DNA of 62,866 nt. It comes from a virus. Made by a program: the position numbers and the translations under genes. The notes beneath the pieces are model-generated. The model was given only the letters and a program-made list of their open reading frames with translations. It did no database searches and was not told the origin of the DNA. The stretch lies in the IMG/VR virus record IMGVR_UViG_3300047586_000083, positions 1-62,866 of that record; one strand, given 5' to 3'. Below, one piece after another: positions 45,592 to 53,317 of this stretch (positions are counted from its first letter, which is position 1; each line of letters begins with the position of its first letter).

Positions 45592-45762
45592 CCTTTACAT
45601 GAACCTGGACAAACACCGCTCGGGAGTATTATAGCCTAAAAACAAAAAGAGCGAGTAGCCTATCTTCAGCCACCCGCCCTTTTGGCCAAATGCTCTGGTC
45701 TGGTTAGTCCGCGCCTTCCTTTCTGCCTGTCTGAATGGAACTTAGTGAGAGGACAAGCGCCC

Positions 45763-46287
45763 TCACCAAGTCTTGCCAAAGCCCAGCCGGAATGTACCAC
45801 GCGCCGCCAATTGGCGCAGGACTTCCGGCAAGGCCGCATTGGTGGCAGCGGCAACGTTATCTTTCTGCCACGTCACGCTACCCACCAGCCGGGCACCGTC
45901 AATCTTCAGCCAACGGGATATGTCCGCCGCAGCCCATCCACCCACAGCGTAAGCGCCGCCAACTCCATTCGCATTGAGCGCCGCGCCACCGCCCGTCTTG
46001 CTACCGCCCGCCAGCCACTTATAGTTGAACAGGACCATGTCCACGTCAACCCGCGCCGAAGTCACGATGCCAGAATAGTCCGTGACGGCGCAAAGGTAAC
46101 TGGGAACGGTCAGCCCCAACAGGTTGATGTCCGGGTTCCGATGACAAGCCTGCATCCAGCCGCTGGTCTGCGGCGTGCCGGTGCCTTGAAAACCAAAACC
46201 GGCACCCGCGAAATTGTCAGGCAACGTCTGCGCGCCCGCCGTAATGACTGCGATCAAAACCACCAATGTGAATCTGAGCAACTTCAT
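45763..46287 (-). CDS. Secreted protein, possibly a small outer-membrane beta-barrel
   Basis: MKLLRFTLVVLIAVITAGA/QT. Gly/aromatic-rich. C-terminus 'TFRLGFGKTW' with alternating hydrophobics and a terminal aromatic. Confidence 0.5.
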   Translation of the reverse strand: MKLLRFTLVVLIAVITAGAQTLPDNFAGAGFGFQGTGTPQTSGWMQACHRNPDINLLGLTVPSYLCAVTDYSGIVTSARVDVDMVLFNYKWLAGGSKTGGGAALNANGVGGAYAVGGWAAADISRWLKIDGARLVGSVTWQKDNVAAATNAALPEVLRQLAARGTFRLGFGKTW

Positions 46288-46317
46288 GTGTTGTTCTCCT
46301 TCCGAGTTATTCTAACG

Positions 46318-46887
46318 CTATTCAGTGGTCCAGTAAACCACCACCACCTGATCCTCGGTGGTAAAGGGCCGGTAATTGGGCAATTGAATGTTCAAAACCT
46401 TCGGCGTGGTCGCGCCCGGCTGTACCACGTCCAATGTGCCCGCCCCAACACGGGAACTTCGCAAGAACGCCATCACCAACGTGTCCGGCGCGGGCGTCTT
46501 CATGAGGGTATAGGTAACGGACTCCTGATCCCAGTTGCTTCCTGGGGCCAAGGCCACCAGGGATACCCATTCCACCTTCATCTTAGGAACCACCACTGGA
46601 ATGGGCGGTGGTGCCGTTGGTATGACTGCCTCCAGCGCCGGGCCGCCAGCAGCCGCCATATTGACCTGTAGATTGGCGCCCAAAGCCAGGCAAATGGACG
46701 TGCTTACCGTTACCGTACTACCGCCAATCGTTACCTGAGCAGGAACGAAAGCGGCCACCTTGGGCTTGCTCGGGTCAATGCCCGTGCAAACGGTGCGGGA
46801 TAGATCGAGTGATTGGGCTGTGACGGGCGCGGCCAGCAGGCCAATCACCGCCAGAATAGAAAGAGCAATTCGCAGCATATAGGTCAT
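46318..46887 (-). CDS. Secreted (signal-peptide) protein
   Basis: MTYMLRIALSILAVIGLLAAPVTA/QS. 189 aa. Confidence 0.55.
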   Translation of the reverse strand: MTYMLRIALSILAVIGLLAAPVTAQSLDLSRTVCTGIDPSKPKVAAFVPAQVTIGGSTVTVSTSICLALGANLQVNMAAAGGPALEAVIPTAPPPIPVVVPKMKVEWVSLVALAPGSNWDQESVTYTLMKTPAPDTLVMAFLRSSRVGAGTLDVVQPGATTPKVLNIQLPNYRPFTTEDQVVVVYWTTE

Positions 46888-46899
46888 CTCCTTGATTGA

Positions 46900-48213
46900 T
46901 CAAAATTCACGCTGCCCTATGGCGCGGGCCGTGGGGAACTTGTAATGGATGTAGTACCCAATGGCATCACTGATATGAGTCAGCGCCGGGTCTATGTCCT
47001 TATCAATCTCACCACTCCCACCCTCCAAACAGCGTACACCTTCTAAATCCTTTACCAAATTCTTGGCGTTTTCAGGATGCGCCATAAACCGGACGATGTC
47101 AATGCCTGAACGCAACCGGCTGTTGACAGAGTTTATCCTTGAACGTTCGCGCGGGTTGCCGTCTGTCACCATGAACTTCAATGATTCACCATACACCGGG
47201 CGCAACTCTCTTCTTATCAGGTCCCAATCGCTGCCGGCCACCTTTGCTGATCCAGCATTACCGCCTGTGGCATCACCATAGCAGTAGACACCTGCCTTGT
47301 GGTTGCCGTAAGTCTGAATCAACTTACGGCAAACGGCGGGCGTATTGGAGTTGCGTGGGATGTAGACTTCGCCAATGGCAGCTGTGCCTGAAATGCCATT
47401 CGGCAGTTCCGGCTGCTCCTGAAGCACTGCGGCCACACCGGGCGATACGTTGAAGTCAAAGCAGAAGATCAGCGGCAGGTTGGGATTGTACGCGACCTTT
47501 ACAGAGCAATGGACCGCGCGGTCAAAGCAGTAATAGATCCGGCCTTGGAAGTTTAGGAATGATCCTTCATACTCTTGAAGGTATGTCAGTTCATCCAGTT
47601 CCCTCCGGGCGCTCTCTACTTCAGCCGGGTCTAGGATGTCGGAAGACTTCCAGGTGAAGAAAGCCCATTCACCTGTCTCATCCCGCTGTGCCAATTCTGC
47701 TAGGTCATAGTAATGGTTACGGCCCTCAGGCACGCCTATCAGCCAGCACCAACCCTTCCGATCCGATAGCGCCGGGCGAACGTTTTCACGCCATGCCTTG
47801 GCCTTCATATTGGCGAACTCATCCAATATGCCGCCATCCCATGGACTGCCCTCGATGCGTTCCGGCTTGTCCATCCCGATAACTTGGATGGTGGCGCCGG
47901 TGATCAGCTTCAAGGTCAATTCACTTTCGCGCGGCGCTTCTGACAACCAGTCATAATGCACCAGCCGTTTCAGGTCTTCCCAGTAAATGCGCTTGGCTTG
48001 GTCCCGAGTGGGCGCTGCGGCAAAGAACCTTGGGTCAGGATAATCCGTACCATTCAACGCAGCCCGCACCAATTTGCGCTTGGCCCTTTCAGTTTTGCCA
48101 GAGCGCCGTCCAGCCGGTACAACCGCAAACCGGGCCGGGCTAGTCACCAAGGCAATCTGAACAGGATGCGGACGGAGAGGGTACCAGCGTTCAGTTAATT
48201 TGCCTTCTTCCAT
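46900..48213 (-). CDS. terL: Terminase large subunit
   Basis: Walker A 'PAGRRSGKTERAK', Walker B 'GGILDEFANM'. Start set at ATG 48213 (MEEGKL), 2 nt after the upstream stop. Confidence 0.85.
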   Translation of the reverse strand: MEEGKLTERWYPLRPHPVQIALVTSPARFAVVPAGRRSGKTERAKRKLVRAALNGTDYPDPRFFAAAPTRDQAKRIYWEDLKRLVHYDWLSEAPRESELTLKLITGATIQVIGMDKPERIEGSPWDGGILDEFANMKAKAWRENVRPALSDRKGWCWLIGVPEGRNHYYDLAELAQRDETGEWAFFTWKSSDILDPAEVESARRELDELTYLQEYEGSFLNFQGRIYYCFDRAVHCSVKVAYNPNLPLIFCFDFNVSPGVAAVLQEQPELPNGISGTAAIGEVYIPRNSNTPAVCRKLIQTYGNHKAGVYCYGDATGGNAGSAKVAGSDWDLIRRELRPVYGESLKFMVTDGNPRERSRINSVNSRLRSGIDIVRFMAHPENAKNLVKDLEGVRCLEGGSGEIDKDIDPALTHISDAIGYYIHYKFPTARAIGQREF

Positions 48214-48215
48214 TG

Positions 48216-48338
48216 TTACCTTGTTGGGAATGACCGCACCCCATCCCGTCCGAACCATGCCAGCAGAACGGCAAGAAGGATGAACAACCATGTCTCAGTA
48301 CTTTGTCGATTCCACCAGTACCACAATCTCATAATCAT
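48216..48338 (-). CDS. Tiny membrane protein (start uncertain)
   Basis: 'TWLFILLAVLLAWF' TM segment. Stop lies 2 nt before the terL ATG. Confidence 0.3.
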   Translation of the reverse strand: MIMRLWYWWNRQSTETWLFILLAVLLAWFGRDGVRSFPTR

Positions 48339-48366
48339 CACATTGCGCTCCTCACTTACTATGGCG

Positions 48367-48633
48367 TTATAATGGGACTGAATTAGCAAACTCTTCTGCG
48401 ATCTTAGCAATATGGATCAGGTTCATCCCAATCTCCATTGCCTGGCGCGCGGTCAACTTGACTCCCGGCACTGGCGTGCTGTCCGGGCTATCCTCAGTGG
48501 CGTTGGGATTCTGAATCATGATGATCGGGCAATTGTGAATGATAAGTGCGACGTGCCCCAACTCAATTGTGGGAGCGCCCGTCATGATTTGTATATTGAC
48601 GTTTGAACTAGGACAAAGATCCGCAGGCGTCAT
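48367..48633 (-). CDS. Hypothetical protein
   Basis: 88-aa ORF, tightly packed. Confidence 0.4.
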   Translation of the reverse strand: MTPADLCPSSNVNIQIMTGAPTIELGHVALIIHNCPIIMIQNPNATEDSPDSTPVPGVKLTARQAMEIGMNLIHIAKIAEEFANSVPL

Positions 48634-48636
48634 GGG

Positions 48637-49131
48637 TTATCCCTCCGCTTTGATTGTACTCGCTCCCAAAGTGGAAACGGCGGTTGTCTTTTGGACAAGT
48701 AATTCGGGTTGATACCAACCTTCTGGTAACAACTCAAATATGGCATTGGCGATACGTTGGGTTTGGCGCTCGATGACTTCGGCGTATCCAGCCTGCTGGC
48801 TGACACAGGCATCCCACATGAATAGATGCGCCACTGGTTCAACAAACAAATGGCATATCTCATGCAGAATGTCCTTGCCCACCTGCTTGTAGTCTTTGCC
48901 CTGATAACTCTCGAACAAGGCTGGATACACATTCAACCGGCACCAGAGATAGATGGAATTGATCTTTACCTCAGCCTGGCAGATGTCCTTTCTATCCTCT
49001 TCTCCAGGGCAAGGCGTATCGCTGAAGTGAAACTTCAAGTCATACTCGCCATGAAACGTTTCATCCCGGCAGTACTTCGCTGCGGCCGATACATACTGCT
49101 TGAACTCTTCCGTCATCAGGCCGTCTGGCAT
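48637..49131 (-). CDS. Putative zinc metallopeptidase-like protein (HExxH)
   Basis: 'DILHEICHLFVEP' resembles the SprT/WLM-type HE-x-x-H motif. 164 aa. Confidence 0.4.
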   Translation of the reverse strand: MPDGLMTEEFKQYVSAAAKYCRDETFHGEYDLKFHFSDTPCPGEEDRKDICQAEVKINSIYLWCRLNVYPALFESYQGKDYKQVGKDILHEICHLFVEPVAHLFMWDACVSQQAGYAEVIERQTQRIANAIFELLPEGWYQPELLVQKTTAVSTLGASTIKAEG

Positions 49132-50054
49132 TCCGCTACCTCTTCCACCACAGGTTCATTCTCTCTTTCCCACCGCGCCCGGAACTCTGCCAGGAAGTTG
49201 CCCCAGCGTTCAGCCCGGCCCGCTTCCCAGGAACCCACATGGCATTCCATGAAGTAACCGCCACCCAGCCAAGGAACATCCCATCCATCCGTCTTCCAAC
49301 ATGCCCTCTCCAGGTCACGTTGCGCAATCCGCCCGCCGTGGAAATATACCTTGAACGGGAACAACCCGCACTCCATATATAGACGCCCAAGGAATTGCTG
49401 AGTGCGGTATACCTCATGGAAGAAACCACCCCTGTCTATAAACCCAGGATACTGTGGAGTGTTCAGGTAATGCCCATTCCGCTGACAAATGGCATACCAG
49501 CGTAGAATGATCTGAAGGCAATTGCGCCAATCATACCCAAGTAGGAAGTGGAACCAGAAAACGTCCTGCCCATACTTGGGAAGATGATGGGCCAACAATT
49601 CAAAGTCAGCAACGTAGTCTTGCCCCACCAACTCACAGAACGGCCCGTGCTCCCGTTGATAGATGACTACGGAACTGCCAGTGTCGCTGATCTCCTTATG
49701 CTTTCTCAGGCACATCATGAACACACGCCGATAAACACAATTGCATGTGATGATTTGCCCACGCAACAGAATCTGCCCTGATCCCATACAACGATGGCAG
49801 GCGTTGTCTACTAAGTGGCCCGGCCCGCGCTGCTGCTCTTCCTTCACAACCTGCTCCTTACTATGGTTGCTGGGGGCAACCTTGGAAACATGAGCAAGGA
49901 CGGATTGAGCTATCTGCTTAGTGCGAAGGATGAGCACGCGGTAATGCGCTGCTGTTCGAGTGTGGTAAACCCGCAGCTTTGTGCTCCGAGTAATGGACGC
50001 CTGTTCTAAATGGTACTTCAATTTCCACTCCAAGGACGCCAAGTTGTTTGCCAT
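49116..50054 (-). CDS. Hypothetical Cys-rich protein with a DnaJ-type CxxCxGxG finger
   Basis: 'CHRCMGSGQILLRGQIITCNC'. 312 aa, Trp/Tyr/His-rich C-terminal half. Confidence 0.45.
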   Translation of the reverse strand: MANNLASLEWKLKYHLEQASITRSTKLRVYHTRTAAHYRVLILRTKQIAQSVLAHVSKVAPSNHSKEQVVKEEQQRGPGHLVDNACHRCMGSGQILLRGQIITCNCVYRRVFMMCLRKHKEISDTGSSVVIYQREHGPFCELVGQDYVADFELLAHHLPKYGQDVFWFHFLLGYDWRNCLQIILRWYAICQRNGHYLNTPQYPGFIDRGGFFHEVYRTQQFLGRLYMECGLFPFKVYFHGGRIAQRDLERACWKTDGWDVPWLGGGYFMECHVGSWEAGRAERWGNFLAEFRARWERENEPVVEEVAECQTA

Positions 50055-50076
50055 ATCGACAAGTATACTCCAGCCT

Positions 50077-50808
50077 TTAGAAAATAGGTACAGTGACCTT
50101 GATCATTCCTGCGATCTTGTTCAATAGCCACTTCACACGCCCGGCCTTCTCTCTCAACCCTCGGGTGGCAATGTCGAAGGTCTCAGCCATTCCTGCCAAA
50201 TGACCAACCCCATCATCCATACCAGCCAGCGTACCTTGGATGGAAGGGTCTTCCAGCAAGGTTGCCATAGCGCGCAACGTCCGGGCCGCTTCCGGCGCTC
50301 CGCTGTCTACCTGGGTGCGTAGGGTATCCTCCAACTGCCCCAACTTCAAGAGCGCCTGCCCGGCTTGCTGAATGGTATCATCAGCGGACACAGTCAGCGT
50401 TTCCGCGTCCTTCGTTATAGCCACAACCGTGGTGTGTAGATCTGCCAGGACCACACGAAGGTCCATCACCACGCCCTTGGACTCGGTCAGCAATTCATTC
50501 GCGCTACGGGCTGTATTGGCTGTTTCCCTTGACGCGGCAACGGAATTGTTGGATGCCGCGCGAATGGCGTTGGTGATCTCTGGGGCAGATTTGGCCACCG
50601 CGCCGGCAATCGCCTTGACCGATCCTACTGTGGCCAGCATCTGACTCTGGAGGCAGGCCGCATTGCCCTTGCATTCGAGCAATTGGCGAGAGGCTACCTC
50701 CACGCGCCTTGCTACGGGCCAAAGCGTAATGAGTGGAACGGCCAAGGCAATCGTCAGCGTCACTGCACACAGGACAAGTATCAATCTTGATGGTGTCACA
50801 ATGGTCAC
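50077..50808 (-). CDS. N-terminally membrane-anchored helical protein (i-spanin-like topology)
   Basis: 'LILVLCAVTLTIALAVPLITLW' followed by ~200 aa of Ala/Thr/Leu-rich helical sequence. Confidence 0.45.
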   Translation of the reverse strand: MTIVTPSRLILVLCAVTLTIALAVPLITLWPVARRVEVASRQLLECKGNAACLQSQMLATVGSVKAIAGAVAKSAPEITNAIRAASNNSVAASRETANTARSANELLTESKGVVMDLRVVLADLHTTVVAITKDAETLTVSADDTIQQAGQALLKLGQLEDTLRTQVDSGAPEAARTLRAMATLLEDPSIQGTLAGMDDGVGHLAGMAETFDIATRGLREKAGRVKWLLNKIAGMIKVTVPIF

Positions 50809-51147
50809 CTACTTCTTACGGCGCTTCGCAGCGGGCCGCGCTGCGGGCGGGCTGAAGAGGGCATCCGCCGCTTTCTTGACCAGGCCCTGGATGGCCGGCA
50901 TCTTGAGTTTGGCAGCAGCAGTGGCGGCGCTCTTGATAGTCTTGGCTTCTTGCCCGGCGCTCTGCTGATTGGCTGATCCCATTGACCGGCTCAACACGCC
51001 CAGAGCGAATATCGTAATATCATGCGACATCGAGTTGGTGTGATAGCTGAACAGGATCAGAAGGGAAAGACATATGGCAATATGCCCGCCCGTTGTGTCA
51101 AGTAGTGCAAGCATACGTTCATTGAACGTAGCCAAACGATCAATCAT
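50809..51147 (-). CDS. Small membrane protein with a highly basic tail (holin/antiholin-like)
   Basis: 112 aa. Hydrophobic segments 'HIAICLSLLILFSY' and 'ITIFALGVL'. Tail '...AARPAAKRRKK'. Confidence 0.4.
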   Translation of the reverse strand: MIDRLATFNERMLALLDTTGGHIAICLSLLILFSYHTNSMSHDITIFALGVLSRSMGSANQQSAGQEAKTIKSAATAAAKLKMPAIQGLVKKAADALFSPPAARPAAKRRKK

Positions 51148-51148
51148 G

Positions 51149-51805
51149 TTATGCTCCGTCTGCCTCCATCATCTTGCGGAGGGCTTGTTTGATTTTTGCG
51201 GCCTTCTGTTCGGGTGAGTCCTTATTGGACCCGCCCTCATCAAATAGCTTGAAGATGCGCGCCAATTGCTCTAGCGCCTGAGTCTTGGGGTGGAGTTTGA
51301 TCTTGGTCTTCTTGACTGGGATGGATTCCCACTCACCATCCGCGCCCGGCTGGCGCTCTGAGTAGACATCCTGGGTGATCTCGGAAAGGGCTGCCATTTC
51401 CTCAGGTCCCACTTCGGTGCAGTCAATGATAGGGGTGCCATCCTTCTGGAGAGTAAGGAAGTCACCGAGTGTACCAAAGGCTACCTTCACCAACTCAGCA
51501 ATGACGCGGTCAGCGCTGACTTCAAACTTCTTGCGCCGTTGTTCCCGTTGGCGCTCTATTTCCTTTTGAATACTCGGGTCCTGTAGAAGTTGTACGCCAG
51601 CATACCATTCATCAAAGTCAGACTCACGCGCAGCCTTGGCGGCATTGCCGCCTGTGAGCACATACCGCTTACAGAACAGCAAATGCTTTTCTGTAAGTTC
51701 CAATAGCACCAATGGCCCTTTTCTGCATCCAGGCACCTTGGGCTTTTTTGGAATCTTCTTGCCACGCTTGGTGACTGGCTTCCCGCCATTTGTCGCACGT
51801 CCCAT
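51149..51805 (-). CDS. terS: Terminase small subunit (Terminase_2-like)
   Basis: 'LTEKHLLFCKRYVLTGGNAAKAARESDF', '...IKLHPKTQALEQLARIFKLF' match the family layout. Confidence 0.8.
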   Translation of the reverse strand: MGRATNGGKPVTKRGKKIPKKPKVPGCRKGPLVLLELTEKHLLFCKRYVLTGGNAAKAARESDFDEWYAGVQLLQDPSIQKEIERQREQRRKKFEVSADRVIAELVKVAFGTLGDFLTLQKDGTPIIDCTEVGPEEMAALSEITQDVYSERQPGADGEWESIPVKKTKIKLHPKTQALEQLARIFKLFDEGGSNKDSPEQKAAKIKQALRKMMEADGA

Positions 51806-51831
51806 GCAACCACCTCATTAGTCAGATTGTA

Positions 51832-52500
51832 CTACGCCACTAACACCGGCACTGGCGCCGCTTCCAGCACATCCCAATTGAATGCCGGCCCGATGTCGAA
51901 TTTGTCCGAGCGAACGTTGGCATGTGTAAGGATACCGCGAAACTCACCAACACCCTCGGGCAAGAACTGAAGGCGCTTCTCAACTGGAAGCATCACTCGT
52001 GGTATGTCATTCCTCTCCAGTATTCCATCCACAAGCGCCCGCAACGCTTCCATCTGAACGTCAGGGAACGTAGCAAAATACTCAAAGCTACGCCACAGCG
52101 CAACCTTCTTATACTTCGCCGTTTCCGAGATACCGCAGTATGATTGCTGCCAATTCTTAGGCCACCAATACAACTTCTCACCCACCCGCTTCAATGGGCC
52201 TACGTTGACCACTTCTATCCCAATGGTCTTCTGATCCCAATGGCTATTGGTCCAACCTTCGCTCTTCAACCCAAGATGATACGCCCACTGCGTCTCTGAG
52301 AATGCCTCACAAATAGCGCCGTCCGTGCCCAGTATGTAACTGGTGCCTACTCGCTCAGGCGTCCGCGCCCACTCATTATAGGCACCATCGATGTTGCCGC
52401 CAGCAGTGAAATGGAGGAATACTGCTACCTTCTTAGTGACTGTGGTATAGAACTGCCCGGCTGGAAGATTCCGTTTTTGTATGTCCAGTATCATGGCCAT
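51832..52500 (-). CDS. N-acetylmuramoyl-L-alanine amidase endolysin (Amidase_2/PGRP-type)
   Basis: 'VFLHFTAGG', 'AYHLG', 'GIEVVNVG'. The start may be ATG 52494 (GAGG 7 nt upstream). Confidence 0.75.
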   Translation of the reverse strand: MAMILDIQKRNLPAGQFYTTVTKKVAVFLHFTAGGNIDGAYNEWARTPERVGTSYILGTDGAICEAFSETQWAYHLGLKSEGWTNSHWDQKTIGIEVVNVGPLKRVGEKLYWWPKNWQQSYCGISETAKYKKVALWRSFEYFATFPDVQMEALRALVDGILERNDIPRVMLPVEKRLQFLPEGVGEFRGILTHANVRSDKFDIGPAFNWDVLEAAPVPVLVA

Positions 52501-52583
52501 GCCTCATCTGCAAGTATACCCTAGGCTGAACAAACCGGCTGCGCTCTACTTGACGCGCCGCGCCAAACCCGTTTGGTCAAACA

Positions 52584-52622
52584 CCGGCCCATTTAGACGG
52601 CCCGGCCCATTACCGGCCCATT
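52584..52622. repeat. Left arm of a 39-nt inverted module holding three direct CCGGCCCATT iterons
   Basis: Iterons at 52584-52593, 52602-52611 and 52613-52622 (start spacings 18 and 11 nt). Confidence 0.8.
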
Positions 52623-52733
52623 ACAGGTTGTCCGGGTCAAGTCCTTTGACGGCAGAGGGTTAGAAGGAAAAAAACGCTCGGACCAGAGATTTTTGCTATA
52701 CGTACCGGATAGGCTAAGACACTCTATTCCCTT

Positions 52734-52760
52734 ACTATACCTGTATAGAAGGAAGTTCAA
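52734..52760 (-). promoter_or_regulatory. Candidate sigma70-like promoter for the late operon, overlapping a 14-bp palindrome
   Basis: Minus strand TTGAAC (52760-52755), 15 nt, TATAGT (52739-52734). Palindrome ctatac-ct-gtatag at 52735-52748. The spacer is short. Confidence 0.25.
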
Positions 52761-52831
52761 GTTGTAAGCGCCCGCCCTATTTACCATATCCTATGTATAT
52801 GCAAATAAGGCAGTTAACCCGGCCTAGGCGT

Positions 52832-52870
52832 GATGGCCCGGTGATGGGCCGGGCGGGCTAAATGGGCCGG
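52832..52870. repeat. Right arm of the inverted iteron module
   Basis: The reverse complement matches 52584-52622 at 34 of 39 positions (manual alignment). Spacings are mirrored (11 and 18 nt). Confidence 0.8.
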
Positions 52871-53317
52871 TTAATGTTCATAAACTCCAAAGCGGGCGCG
52901 GCGGGCCTTGTTGACTGCTAATTGGAGTTCATTATGATTAAATTCCCATTCCCAATAATTTATGCCGCAATATTGAGACTCAAAAACCATAAACTTCTCT
53001 TGGGAGGGCGATCCAATTAGTAATGCCATCCCAAGCATCATTGGTTCTGGTCCTGATAAATTCATCATCTCATCAGCCATTTCTGCCAATGTCAATTTGA
53101 CTTCTTCTGTCACCGCTTTTTGGCACCCTTTCACTTCAACCAGTATACGAAGGTCAGGCAACCAAAAATCAGGCAGATAATTTCCTGATGAAAGATGGTA
53201 TGCTTCATGTTCATACTCATATTTGATTCCAAGGGCATCAAAGAACACTGCCCACCGCGCTTCCGTTCGACTGCGGAAGTTATAGCCATTGTAATAAGTC
53301 TGAATTGCTTGTATCAC
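52871..53317 (-). CDS. PD-(D/E)XK-type nuclease
   Basis: 'FRSRTEARWAVFFDALGIKYEYEHE...YLPDFWLPDLRILVEVKG'. ATGA-coupled to the primase-helicase. Confidence 0.6.
   Translation of the reverse strand: MIQAIQTYYNGYNFRSRTEARWAVFFDALGIKYEYEHEAYHLSSGNYLPDFWLPDLRILVEVKGCQKAVTEEVKLTLAEMADEMMNLSGPEPMMLGMALLIGSPSQEKFMVFESQYCGINYWEWEFNHNELQLAVNKARRARFGVYEH

Noticed and set aside
45682-46671. 329-aa plus-strand ORF across two minus-strand signal-peptide genes
   Set aside because: It is Arg/His/Gln-rich with no recognisable features. The opposite-strand ORFs have clean signal peptides and fit the operon packing.
52593-52787. 64-aa minus-strand ORF inside the iteron-flanked AT-rich core
   Set aside because: It has no SD, sits in the least coding-like region, and spans the iteron. 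It is more likely non-coding regulatory DNA.
52584-52870. CRISPR array or MITE interpretation of the CCGGCCCATT repeats
   Set aside because: The repeats are only 10 nt long with 1-8 nt between them and lie in opposed orientation, so this is not CRISPR. For a MITE, I see no target-site duplication at the flanks (aca versus tta) and cannot check for other copies. The MITE reading is not fully excluded.
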